From Adineta vaga (taxonomy: Eukaryota > Animalia > Rotifera): a stretch of 64,000 bases of DNA. The DNA is taken from assembly GCA_021613535.1 (NCBI GenBank), contig CP075497.1:8060001-8124000 (forward strand), written 5' to 3'. Positions 26,431 through 39,105 of the stretch are shown here, in pieces (the stretch's first letter is position 1; the number at the start of each line of letters is the position of its first letter). The notes beneath the pieces were generated by a model. It was not told the origin of the DNA. It saw nothing but the letters and a program-made list of their open reading frames with translations, and searched no databases. The translations under genes and the position numbers were made by a program.

Positions 26431-29400
26431 TTAATAACATCCTTTGATAAAGCTTTCTAATTCATCGGCAGATTCATCGATGAAAGTGTCATACTTGATT
26501 GATTCTGCTGACCAGTATTGGTTATCTGTTGTTGAAAATTGAGTGTAATCGAAGTTGAGTAATTCGTTCCCAAAGTTGTCATTGACGTCGAACGGTGCAA
26601 CAGCAATGGAGAGTGCACCATTGAGTGGAGAGAATTGTTGTTGATGGATGCAATCGTGTCCGTAGGTGCCATCACGAATGAGTTCTGCCATGTTGCTGAA
26701 TGTCGGGCTATTGGCCATGACTGTGTCTTCGCTCGTTTGCGATATTGATGATGATACTAAAATAAATTGAAAAAATAAAATATACCGTCAAAATATGTTT
26801 TCAAGAAGACACGAACACGGCGCACCCAAATTTACTTGTTCAGCTTTAACTGGTTTTGGATTTCTTCCACTTCGAGACTGGACATAATCCTGATATTCAC
26901 GCCGTAATGACGGACTAATATATAATAAAAGAAGAGTTTTTAGAAAACAGAATATTCCCTCTTGTGTTATTGAACATACTCAACTAGTTGTGCAAAAACT
27001 GCAATCTTAACTGATTTACGACGTTCACGAACTGGTCGAATTTGACATAAGAATGTCAAACGACCGTCACCATTATTCGAGTACATATCAAATAAATGAC
27101 AAACACTGACTGGTTGTTGTTCACGTTCAGGAGCATGTTGAACTAAAAATACAAAGTTAAATGTAAAGATAATGATGAAGAATGGAAAATAGTTTCTATT
27201 ACAATATTGTTGACAAATGGACTCGAATTCTGCGATATCAGCAGTTGCTAAATATCTTCCTAGCCATTTATCAGCCATATCTTTTTGTGAATAACCAAGA
27301 ATAGTTTGTACACTGAAAATATAACAATGAAGGAATTCTTTGATAGTTCGATTTTTTTCTCAAAAGTAAATATTTACTTCGGTGAGACTGTTTGAATTGT
27401 CATATCTTCATTTAAGTTTAATTGCATTATTGCATTTGAATTGTTATTACTGATATTAGTGATTGCTGTTGTTTGTGATGAACTCGAACGATTGACTGTT
27501 TCAGAAATTAATGCTTCACAACGAGCAACGAATAAGCGTTCATTTTGTGTTGAAGATGGTGCATCATGACATGAATAAAAATGACCAGCCATTGATATTG
27601 TCTACTCGAAAAGAAATCTGAATTTTGTCCCTTCGAAAACTCATGATTTGTATTTACCTTAATATCTTGATTAACTCGACTGGGTCGTTTACCTTTTGGT
27701 AAACGAAGAGTACATACGAGTCGATGCTCTTGTCGAGATGTATCAAGTGGAGAATTGAGAATTAAACGAAATTTATTGCCATCATTTTCATCAAGACACT
27801 CGAAGATGTTTAAACATTGAGTATATAATGAACGCTAAATAAATTAAGAAAGAATCTCATTCTTCTCTATTTTATTACCAAATAGAAGAATACTAACCAT
27901 CGTCTTATTTAAATGATGTTCAGCTTCATCGCTCATAGTAACAATACGACCATCAGTACGAAGAACAAGAATAAATTCATTACTGTTTAACTAATAAATG
28001 AAAATAGAGGAATAAGATTAAATTGTTTTTTTTTATTCTTAATTTCTTACATGTACTAGAACTTCTCGTGCAAGTTCCATTTCTCCTAAAAAAAATTCTC
28101 TTTTTGAAATCATCTTGATATTTCTGATTTTAGTCTTACGTAAATATTTGTTGCCCTGTAAATGTTTGCTTTTAATTAAACGTGAAAGAGCTAAGGCTAA
28201 AATTTCGTTTTTATTTTTTCGTCCACCAGTTCGAATTGTATCCTGTTGACCGCGTAGTGGATATTAGTGTAGCTCTTTCAAGTTCTTCGATGGTTTTATT
28301 AATTTTTTGACAATGCTTTTTTGGAGACTAAATAAATAAAATGAATAAATAATAAGATAAGACTTTCAAATTCTAACAGGAACTTTTTTATTTTCATTGT
28401 ACTGAAGTCAAGAATTTTTTTATATAATGATGACATAGTCAATATTTTCGATAAGATCATGTCTGGACTACTTGGTAAAGAAGAATTTTATTGTGTTGAT
28501 TTATTGTTGAATTATGACATTGCTCTTTATCATAAATCTAATAAACTCGTGTTTTTTTCTTGTGTACTTCTATTCTATAAACAGAACTTATTGTTCAAGA
28601 ATTGTTTTCCCAGCTGCGAAATGAAATTACTTCCGACTGTGTATTTTCTTTTAAGAAAATTATAATTATATATTTATGTTGGAAAGAAATTCACAGGAAT
28701 TTATTTTACGCTTGAAAGCCATCTGCATATTCTCATTATGAAACTTATTAATAGGAATATTCTCGAATAAAACATCTGTTGATGCTATCAAAATTATTAT
28801 TTATGGGAACATTAAATAATGAAAAGTAAAGAAGAACAACAGGCGAAAAAACATCTCTAAGTACATGCTATGCTATTTCTTTTGTGATTGTGTCATTCAA
28901 CAAATAATAATAATAAGTGTTTTTAAAATAAAAGAGAGCACTTTTCACGGTTAAAGAATAGAAAAATAACTATGAATTCAAATGGCTTCTTTGCAGGAGA
29001 TTTGTTTGTATTCTTTCACAAGTATAGCAACCATCAATTCACTTCCTACTTTAGTGACGTATTAACTGAAACAAATAAGTGACGTCTTTTTAGTCGCCGA
29101 AAAAAAAACTGGATAAAAAACAAGTTTATAAGTGTTGTCTGTGTTTGTTTTATGAATGATGCCTGAAGTTGGTCTTCTCTTTACATTAAAATCGGAGTTT
29201 ACACTATTAGTCATACATAAAAGTGATTAGTTCTTTTCGTGAAAAGCAAACGGACAACTACTAGATGCGAATATAACTATTCAATCCCAATATTTTCTCG
29301 ATAAAAATCTGCCACGAACATTTATTTCTGAGTTTTGCTTGGGTCAATTCCTATCGAAATCGTATCTACTATTTCTTAATATACAAATATTTGATGTTCG

Positions 29401-29565
29401 CTTTTAGTTAATCCTTTGGAATTTAGAATCGTTGAAAGAGAAAAAATATATTTGCTGTCTTACTTCAATTATCTCTGATTCTTCTTGTTGACTATAAATA
29501 TTTGCAACAAGATTCATCGATCCAGTCGATGAACTTGTAGTAAGTGGAGTATAGTGGTGATACAT
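26431..29565 (-). CDS. bHLH-PAS transcription factor-like gene (AhR/SIM/HIF-like architecture) with a +1 frameshift in the bHLH exon
   Basis: Exon 1 MYHHY..EIIE; bHLH-like SPKKHCQKINKTIEEL..KNEILALALSRLIKSKHL; PAS-A FILVLRTDGRIVTMSDEAEHHL; PAS-B LNEDMTIQTVSPN|VQTILGYSQKDM; acidic C-terminus. Confidence 0.7.
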
Positions 29566-29725
29566 CTTGTTAAGTTTTAGTTAAATTTTTTCGGGGATGC
29601 CGACCTGCGACGTTGGGTAAATGGAGAAGATGTTAGCTGAACCAGCAGCGTATAGAAACAACCTTTCTCGATTTCGCTCGATAAAGAATGCAATCTTTTA
29701 TAGAAACATCCCTTTCCTTTATACC

Positions 29726-29770
29726 CTCTCTCTCTCTTTCTCTCTCTCTTTTTTCTTTCTCTTTCTTTCC
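29726..29770. repeat. CT-rich pyrimidine tract upstream of the bHLH-PAS gene
   Basis: ctctctctctctttctctctctc... Confidence 0.75.
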
Positions 29771-30821
29771 TTGTGCGGAGCAAGTTGGTTTTTTCTTTAT
29801 TTTTTCTCTGTACTGTATACGTTTACGTTGTTTTCTTTCAGAGCTTTCACTTTTTATTTGCTTTGACTTCGTCGCATACATATTCTTTCATACAGAGTGC
29901 AAAGGTGGTAGAAGAAGAAAGAGTGAAAGTTATGTATATATCAGTTATGTCTATATTAGTTTTTCTCTCATATTTCTCAGGTTACCTTTGTAAATTTAAA
30001 AGCAGCTATAAAACATAAAACCGAAAGAAAGAAGACAAGACTCCTATTTATTTGATATAATTATGCTCACATCATCAACCTACTGTCTGCGTCTGACCTT
30101 GATAGGGAAGAAAACTTTTCTCCAAACATATAATTTGACGTTTAATTGCATAATATAAACGAAAAAGGATACGTCATTTGGGCATGTGAAAATGATATTT
30201 AATGAAATTGATTGAGAGATAAGAATATTACGTACAACTGTATAGGTTGAAAGTTTATAACATGAACTATCGATATTTGATCAGTATCAGTCAGGTTTAG
30301 GTTATTAAAATAATTTACAGACATGCTATTTAATCATAAAAGTACACTAAGAACAAAATCTATGCAACATCCTACGCATATAAGACATGCCGATTAATAG
30401 AGAGAGATTGTGTAACAAAGCACGTAATTGGAAATCTTTTCCATTTAAGTTATTCAAACATATCATTTTTTCAAGAATAAATAACAGATAAGAAATCGAC
30501 ATAGTATACACCTACATCTATGATCTTCATATATATGATTAACCACAGGAAAAGAAAATCATGTGGAAGTTGAAGGAGAAACAATTAAGAAAATGACAAA
30601 TATATTTGCTGACGTCAAATGAAAGAGAAATGTCATCGAATCGAAGAATGATACAAGGGTTCAATGGTCATCTTTTCACTGACATGTGAGAACTCTATAA
30701 GATGTCGCACATTGATTGAAATTTTGTTTAGATTGTTACATAGCAACCTACTGTTATTGCTAGAAAAAATAAGTTTAATATGTTTGATTTATAGAATAGA
30801 TTATTGAATTGAATCTGTTTG

Positions 30822-30858
30822 GGTTATTATTATTGTTGTTGTTGTTGTTGTTGTTGTT
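30822..30858. repeat. (ATT)n/(GTT)n trinucleotide microsatellite directly upstream of the FAM228-like ATG
   Basis: ttattattattgttgttgttgttgttgttgttgtt. Confidence 0.9.
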
Positions 30859-30867
30859 TTTATATAG

Positions 30868-32557
30868 ATGCCATCTTTATATCAACCACGACGAGGTGGT
30901 TTGATCGAAATTGTAGCAGAACAAGCGGCTTCGGATATCGCTGTTGACTTAGATAAAAAAGATGATTCAAACGAAGATGAACAACCGGAAGAGAAATTTA
31001 TAACTAATTACATACAACAGAATTCCAAAAGAATTCAAGTAGAATTAGTTTTCTATATTTAAGTAGTACTTAACATTTAAAAGAAAAACAAATTTTTTAG
31101 AGTGCATCGTCAAGTTTAACGACTACATCCTCGTCTGTATCTCGTCAAGGAGAACCCGATGAGCAACACGAATCAATACGTCCTTCATCACGCCGTGCTA
31201 GTGCACGTCGATTATTTGAAATAAATGAATGGGATGAACAACAACGAAGATTAAAACAAAAACTTCAACCAGTAAAAACACGAAATCTTTTCCTTTCATA
31301 AGTAATTCAATCTTATTTAGCGTGAATCAGATACAAACTCATCATACAGTGAAATTAAAGCAACAACGAAAGAATTACTGAAAGTAAATCATCAAAGATT
31401 CTAAAGAAAAGAAAAGAATACCTTCCAATTATTTATAGGATTATGATCAATTAATAAATAAATATGATTTTGAAGATGATCGTCGTCGAGAATTTATCTA
31501 TCGAAATTATTGTTGTCATGTTCGTGAACCATTTTTACTTGCGAAAGTTAAACAATGTGAACGTTTGGAGAAGACACGTGTCAATCGAAATCGATTCAAA
31601 ACACAACAATACAATCAATTTCTTGAATTTATTAATAAACATGTAAGAATAAACACATTTCATTTTTCTTCTCAATCATATGTACAATCTTATGTAGCTA
31701 AATGTTACATTTAGCATCTACACGTATATCAAGGATATACTCGATGAACGATAACTAACAGTTCCTAATTAACTAAGAATTCACTTTGTTTTACTACTAA
31801 ATATTTAAAAAGCACTACAGTATGGAAAAATCGTTAGTAGAATGAAGTTAAAACGTATAATAAATTTTTAAAACAGTAATCACTTATCAGAACTTTTCAA
31901 GAAAATTATGAAAGTACTCATTGAATTAATTCAAGAATGTTCTAGATAACTTTTCATTTATGATCTTCTTCTCTTTTAGCGATTTATTACTCGAGATGAT
32001 TATGACAAAAATCAATACGATGCTTTTGCTCGATATGAAGATAAGCCCGATGAAGTAAGAACATCAAGAAATGTCGTTTCTATCACACTGCATGTTTTAT
32101 ATTCAAGATTCACACGCGATTTCTTGCCGATCCTACCCTTCTTCCCTATCGTAAATGGATGAATGAACGTCGCACATTATCATCCTTAGGATCTCGAACT
32201 TCTGCACAGAAATCAGATGATCATCGTATCATATTTGACAAAGATTTTCGTTCTCATCATCGTGCTACAACTGCACCACCTCATTTTGATGGGCATGAAT
32301 CACAATCTACACATTCGTGGCAAACGCATGATCAATCCGTCATTAATTCACCAGTGAGACGTTTAGCAAGGTGATTCTTTTTTCTTATTCACAATTTCTA
32401 TCTTTTTCTATACGTCTTGATTTTGTTTAGTGCTAAATGTTATTATATTGTTCAACAATCAGAAGATTCAATTACTTGTGATCCCATTGATCCATCATTT
32501 TCATATTTACGACAACGTTCATCTTCTTCATCATCAATTCTTCCAGTATCAAATTAA
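30868..32557 (+). CDS. Uncharacterised protein, FAM228-like; multi-exon
   Basis: Spliced ORF containing DDRRREFIYRNYCCHVREP and QFLEFINKH|RFITRDDYDKNQYDAF, resembling the recalled FAM228 core; stop TAA 32555-32557. Confidence 0.55.
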
Positions 32558-32558
32558 T

Positions 32559-33813
32559 TTAACATTTCCTTTTTTTATCTTGTTCATAATTTTCTAAATT
32601 AAAACTATAAATTGCTAAGAAAGGTAATGGTAATGAAAAACAAATCATTCCCAATAAAACTGATGTTAATGTAATCCATGTTAAATATGGTGTCGAAGGT
32701 CGATGAATACCAAAACCGATAGTTAAGATCGTTTCATAGCAATAATAAAATGTTTCAAGAGGAGTTGATGAAATATGTTCACGATCAATTAAAGAAATTC
32801 CATAAGTTAAATGACCAAAAAATGTACAAAGACAAAGTAAAATGAGAAGAAGAAGAAGAAAAATTTTGAAATGAAATACAATTGTTTGAATATATTGACG
32901 AATATAAGTTGAATAACGACTTAATTTGAAAATTCGTATAAAACGAAAACAAACGATGAATTGAATGATTCTATCATTTGATATTATCGAAAATAAGGAA
33001 GATAGATAAATAATACAACTTAATATGGATAAAAGATCAATGAATGTGAAATAATTTGAAAAATATTGGATTTTATTTGATACATAAATAAAACGAAAGG
33101 AAATTTCAATAAGAAGAAGAATTAAATAGATTATTTCCAATATATAAGATAATTTATTGGATGTTGGATAAAAATTACCATTCGTTGTTGTTGTCGTTGT
33201 GATGTTATCTTTAAATAATGAAATCAATGTATATTCAAAACAAAGATTACCATATGAAATCATTGTTATAACAAAGAGAAATGTATTAAGTATTTTTGGT
33301 TTAGAAGAAAATGGAAGTCCAAATAATGTATGAATCCAAGAAGGTGATTTCCTGAAAGAAATGTATTAGTTAGTTTTAATAAATTATCTTAAAATTATTT
33401 AGCAGCGATCTTTGGTCTATTACTAACTCGGATGATTTTTCCCAATTAATTTCAAATACAAGCTGTTCCATTCTTTTGAATGTATCGATAATTATGTCAT
33501 CCATTTCAAAAAATATTAACATTGAATATAATTTCATAGTGCTGATATTGACTGGTCGTGATAGAAGACCAGTGGAAATGAAATAAACTAACACTTCAAA
33601 TACATTTGCTGGTTGATCAAATACATAAATATTTTTATTCACATCATAGAATTGTGCACGACGATCTTTACGTGCAAGTATAGATTTTGATGCTCGTTTT
33701 TGAATAAGTTCTTCACTTAATTCGTATAAAACACCACCTACAAAAAATCGAAGTAGTTCTGATCTTGGCAAAACATCCGATAAATTATCTGTTTCAATCA
33801 TAGAAGAGGGCAT
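32559..33813 (-). CDS. Divergent voltage-gated K+ channel subunit (T1/BTB plus 6TM); 2 exons
   Basis: T1 domain (FFVGGVLYE, YVFDQPANVFEVLVYFISTGLLSRP), S3 FIDLLSI, S4 FRFIRIFKLSRY, pore ETILTIGFG, S6 SLPLP. Confidence 0.82.
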
Positions 33814-34854
33814 TCATTCATTGAAAATGCGCCAAGTGGAGAATGAATTTTGTATTGTTTTGTCAAATCATTTTAAGGAGAAAGATTAATGGTAGAAACA
33901 ATAAAATCTATTTCAATACGATGTATGCATGTGATTATTAAACTTGATTTTTCCTTCTAGTTTTCATGTACTCTTTGATTGTGAACTACACAATATCAAT
34001 CGGAAATGATAGAATGCATGACAATCAAAGAAAATTGAAGTAGCTAACGAGAAAAAGAAATATGAACAAAGAAAAGCTTATTTCGTACAGCATCAAATGC
34101 ACGAGATAATGGAAGAATAAGAGAAAATCGGTAAAAATTTCAATGCGTTCGCACATATCACGTAGCAAAGAGTTGATGAAAGGTTATTTTAAAGAAAGTA
34201 TATGATCGAATAATACTCCAAGTGCTGCGTGAAATCTGTATATAAATCTGATAGAAAAGAAAACTCATCACTGCTTTTACAACATAAATTCGTTAATTCA
34301 TTGGTTCAAATTTGATATAAGAAGTAAGCCAATTGTCTTTGGCTAGTCAGTTTGGTTCGTTCGTCACTTCTATCGACCATGAAATCTCGGTATGTACTGA
34401 AAGCTCCCAAACTTTGTTTGAGTCGTTTTATACTGTAAAGTATAGTATTTTAATCGATGAGGTACCTCAAAAACTGGAGAAAAAACATGACCAAGAATGA
34501 ATGAATACTAATTTTTTTCCACATACTGTACAATATGAAAAGTCAGATTAAAAATGTATTGATTCTTTTACGATCTTTGATTTGATTTTAAACTTTTATT
34601 ACAAACATGCTTTGATTATTCTTCCACTGAAGAAAACAGAAATAGTATCTGTTACATATTTACCTCTTGTTGAATAAATGTTTTCTCTTTTCTTTCTCTC
34701 GTGTACATATGTTCTTGCTTGACCTTTTCATTATACATCGATGGAATCTTTGTGCGTCTGTCTTATAAAAAGTATTTTTTCTTAGTAAAAGGAATTTCTT
34801 CTCTTTAATTGGGTGATCGAGAGACCACGATCTTAACATATACTTCTATTAGTA

Positions 34855-36080
34855 ATGACACTAAATAGTAAAATTCACTTATTTTTCATACAATTAATAT
34901 TTTATAGTCGATGGACATTCTTCACATGTATTTTTATTATACTATTTCTTGTGGAATGCGTACATATTGTTTACCAACCTGTTCTTCATAAAATTCATTA
35001 TCCAACATTGATCGGAAGTTATTGTTTCGATCCTCCATCGTCTTCAGATTACAAGCAAAATCAATATATCAACGATTCATTTTATATTCAATTATGTTCA
35101 TTCACAAATATTTATGCATGTCAACATATTCAAAATCAAACTTTTCTCTTTCGTCTTAATTGGTATGCTGGTTTTACATCTGAACTGAACAATCTTGTTC
35201 GAGCATTTACCTATGCAATACATACTCGACGAAAATTTATGGTCGATGATCAAGTTTGGAACTATGGATCATTTGCAGCGATTTTCAACGTCTCACAAGC
35301 TCATTTTTCACCTTGGCTGCCATCGTCACCGTACTGTTCACAACGACAATTCATTCATCTTCTCAACTATCAAGAAAACAATACGAAGCAAACCCCTGCA
35401 CATCTAACAACAGCTCGTGGTCCTAATGGTGGTTATACTCATTTATCTCTTCAAATGCGATCGCTCGAGAGCGACAGTCAAATAATAGCTACCAGGCGAC
35501 TTGTTGTTGATTATTTGTGGAAAACATTAACGAATGAAACAAGACATTTCATTGATCAACATCTGAATGAAATAGAACTGGATACTATTATATATGGAAT
35601 GCATATTCGTCGAGGTGATAAAGTGACTGAAGTTAAATCTTCCTCGACAAGTGACTACATTGCTGGAGTTGAATCTTTTATGAAAAGAGAACCACAAACA
35701 AGTAAAATTTTAATTCTTGTACGTAAGAGTGTTGTATATATTGTAATTATATGTATAGATTCAAACATACGGGTTTATGTTGCAAGTGATGAAAGCAATG
35801 TAATAAATGAACTTCAAGAATTAAAACCAAATTGGAAATTTATACAAATATCTTCGAGTACAAAACAATCACGTGGTCATCAACAAGGTTCATTTAATCG
35901 TTTACCTGCATCCGTAAAACTGGAATCAGGTCGATTCTGTTGAGTGAATTAGAAATATTATCACGTGTAAAATATGTCGTGTGTACATTTTCTTCGAATG
36001 TTTGTCGATTTGTACAAGTATTACGAAAGCAAGATGTGAATACTGTGTTGTCATTAGACGACAAATGGTATCCACAATGA
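34855..36080 (+). CDS. GT23 alpha-1,6-fucosyltransferase-like type II membrane protein with a frameshift near the 3' end (assembly error or pseudogene)
   Basis: N-terminal TM, GMHIRRGDK, VYVASDE; the motif LSELEILSRVKYVVCTFSSNVCR lies in a different frame after 35938. Confidence 0.75.
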
Positions 36081-37054
36081 TATATTTTTTTAAGCATAGG
36101 TTTTTTCATGATTTATACGCAATAAAATCGTCACAATGTAGACTGCAGTTCAACATGAACATTTTAAGATATTACTCGTAAAATCTATAATTTCGATTGA
36201 TCTACCGTACGAATAAAGAGGTAGAAAAATATCTGATGGATTAAAAATGAACGGAGGTATAATACAACATTTAGTTAAACATAAATCATCTGAGAAGATA
36301 GCCATATGATTATTATCGAAGTACGAGATATTTCACGATATTTAATTGCAAAAATCACAGAAAACATTAGCAAACTAAGAATATCGTGAACAACCTAAAT
36401 ATCCATCTTGATCTATTGAGTGCTTAGTACACAGCTAATCAGTTAACAAGTTACAAAGTACATTTTGAAGATCGTACTTTTTGTTAGAGGTCTAAGAAGC
36501 AAGGAATAATTTAACACATGATCAAATTATAGAGGTCAACAAGTGCAATATACATACATTAATACCAACTATATTCATCCGTTATACTATGTTCTTAATA
36601 TATCGATACGCACATTCATTATCAACTAATTAAACATACAATGATTATTGGTCATATCGCGTCCCGACTTGTTGTACAATACTATGCTCTGAAAAATAAT
36701 TATCAATCAAAAACGACCAGTGATTATCCATCATGGTGTACTATTTTCGGTGCTACATTGAATTATATTATTACTGATGTCTTTCTGATTGTTGGTATTG
36801 AAAATATTCGTTCCAATCCATCATCATCTGTTTCTACGTTTCAATGTTGGTATAGCGTTTATTGTAACATATCTTCTATCAGGTTTATTTATTAGTCGAT
36901 GACTCGATAGGAAATGACAATAAATTGGCATGAAATTCTATTTATTCTAGCTGTAGATTTTGTTATTTCGATAATAAATAAAGAGATATGATTTTGAAAA
37001 AGCGCTTTATTATTTGATGATGACATAGTATGGTATGAAAAAAATACTTTTCAA

Positions 37055-38050
37055 GTTATTATCAATTAAATATAATCCATTTTCCTCTATTAAACAACTG
37101 GAAATTATTCAGAATGAAGAAAAAGTATGTTACTACTTCACATTATTCATATAAAAATTGATAATTTTATATAGATAAACATCGAGAAAGATAGTGTTAT
37201 ACCTGAATTTACTAAACATATTCAAACATTACCGAAAGTAATTCATCATTTATTGAATAAAGAAACCACTACTCACGATAAAATTCGATGTTGCCGTCGA
37301 AAAATAAAGATTATCAACCAAAATGCTCAAATATGTGATCAACCATTAGTATTACCAATTAAGTTAAGTCATCATCATCGTCATTCAGATTGTGATGATA
37401 CGTATATAAATATTACGAAAAACTATTCTTCTGATCAATTAACATCTCAAGAATCATCTATACTAGATCAAAAACAATACATATCAAATAAGAATTTAGG
37501 AATATTTCTGCATCCTATTCAAGAAAATCTAAACTTGATTAAATACGATATTCGTCCATTTTATTTAAATTATAACGAAAATTCCCATCATTCATCTTCT
37601 CCGATGAAAACAACTGAATCTGAAAGAACACATCAAAACAATGAACAAGTAAAAGAAGATTAAATAGAAATATATTATCGTTTGTTTTCATTAGCATGTT
37701 CGTGAATTAGTTAATACTGTTCGACGAGATATTAGTGCTTTAATTGATGAAGATCGAAATAGTCTAGCAGCTGAAAGCAGACAACCATCTTCGTTTAATA
37801 AATCTACTGATCAATACCTTCTGAAGACTACTTCAAAAAATCAGAACGTCAACCGATCAGCATTAAAAAAGAAAAGAAAACTTAGAGTAAAACGATCAGG
37901 CAAATCAAGAAGACGAAAAAAAACGCTGAAAAAGAAACGCAAGTAATAGGAAGAAGTTCAAATAAATTTGTTACATTATTCTATTCAATTAACTCGATAG
38001 AATTAAACATAGGAGCAGAAGACGCAAACGATCTAAATCAAGAAAAAGTA
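37055..38050 (+). CDS. Uncharacterised, possibly degenerate gene ending in a K/R/S-rich basic tail; 5' end unresolved
   Basis: Four exons join in frame with GT-AG introns and end KKKRKLRVKRSGKSRRRKK..HRSRRRKRSKSRKK*; candidate upstream exons (36641-37030) contain stops. Confidence 0.4.
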
Positions 38051-38356
38051 ATTTGTCAATAATCAAAATTTGTCATACATTGTTCTCTTGTCATTAGATA
38101 AAACAAAAGTAAAAGGAAATCAAAGTGAGTTCATGTTTACGATACAATTTATATTACTTGACAATTCAACCTAGGAAACGAGTGAGATCGAAAAGATCAG
38201 CGAAGAAAAGTAAATAGAAACATTTTTCATCTCTATTCTATATGATTGTATTGTAGAAAAACGAACGATAAAACGAGTAATAAAGATAGATCGATTATCA
38301 GATAAATGAATATCTAAATTTGTACAATTTAAATAAAAAAGAAGGAAAATCGACCA

Positions 38357-38931
38357 ATGACTAATACAGAGAAAGAACCTGAAATGGAACAATGCAACAA
38401 TTGTTGTTGTAATTTTCTTCATTGTTCGTATTCATTTGTATTTTCTTTTTGAAAATTGTTCTCCAATTTTCCAGATTCTTTGCGGCAAGTCATGCATGAT
38501 GCCGAACAAACAAAACAGGTATCGCGAATTGATGAATTAACTTGAATACATATACGTTTAATTAGTTTGCATTAAATATGGCACGAATGGGTATTAATCC
38601 ATCAACACTCAAAGATCCTGCTATTACTTCATGTCAAGGTATTGCTATTCCATTGTATAATTGTGAGAATATCGGTGATCAACGATTTCCATCGCAACCA
38701 ATATTTACAACGATTTCCGAAAATGAACGAAATGGACAAGTGAATGATTATCCAAGAAAAGATCAAATGGTAGTACAAAGTATTGATACTCAACATGGAA
38801 AAATTCAAATTAAACTTGATCCTCAATCATTTGGATTAGCACCATTTTTTTCTCAACAATACGAAACATTTATTAAAGGTCCGCCGAACTCAATATTGTT
38901 CACTAATTATATCAAAACATTTCATAAATAA
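38357..38931 (+). CDS. Small uncharacterised protein; 3 exons
   Basis: MTNTEKEPEMEQCNNCCCNFLH|YSLRQVMHDAEQTKQ|FALNMARMG... joins in frame with two GT-AG introns; AATAAA at the stop. Confidence 0.6.
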
Positions 38932-39105
38932 ATTATATTTGAGTAGTGACCTATTCATATTTCACTTCAACGGTGTTTTTCTAATTGATATAAAATAGAT
39001 TTCGTTCAAATAAAATGTAAAGCAAATGTTTATTTGAATAAATAAAGAATGTAACAATTTATGTTTGTGTATATATGTATAGAGAGATAGATATTTTTTT
39101 GAAAA

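Noticed and set aside
29577-30018. Cluster of overlapping ORFs on both strands
   Set aside because: Produced by CT/GA-rich low-complexity upstream sequence; the translations are compositionally biased.
35941-35943. TGA in the fucosyltransferase as a possible selenocysteine codon
   Set aside because: The conserved downstream motif is in another frame, so readthrough would not restore it.
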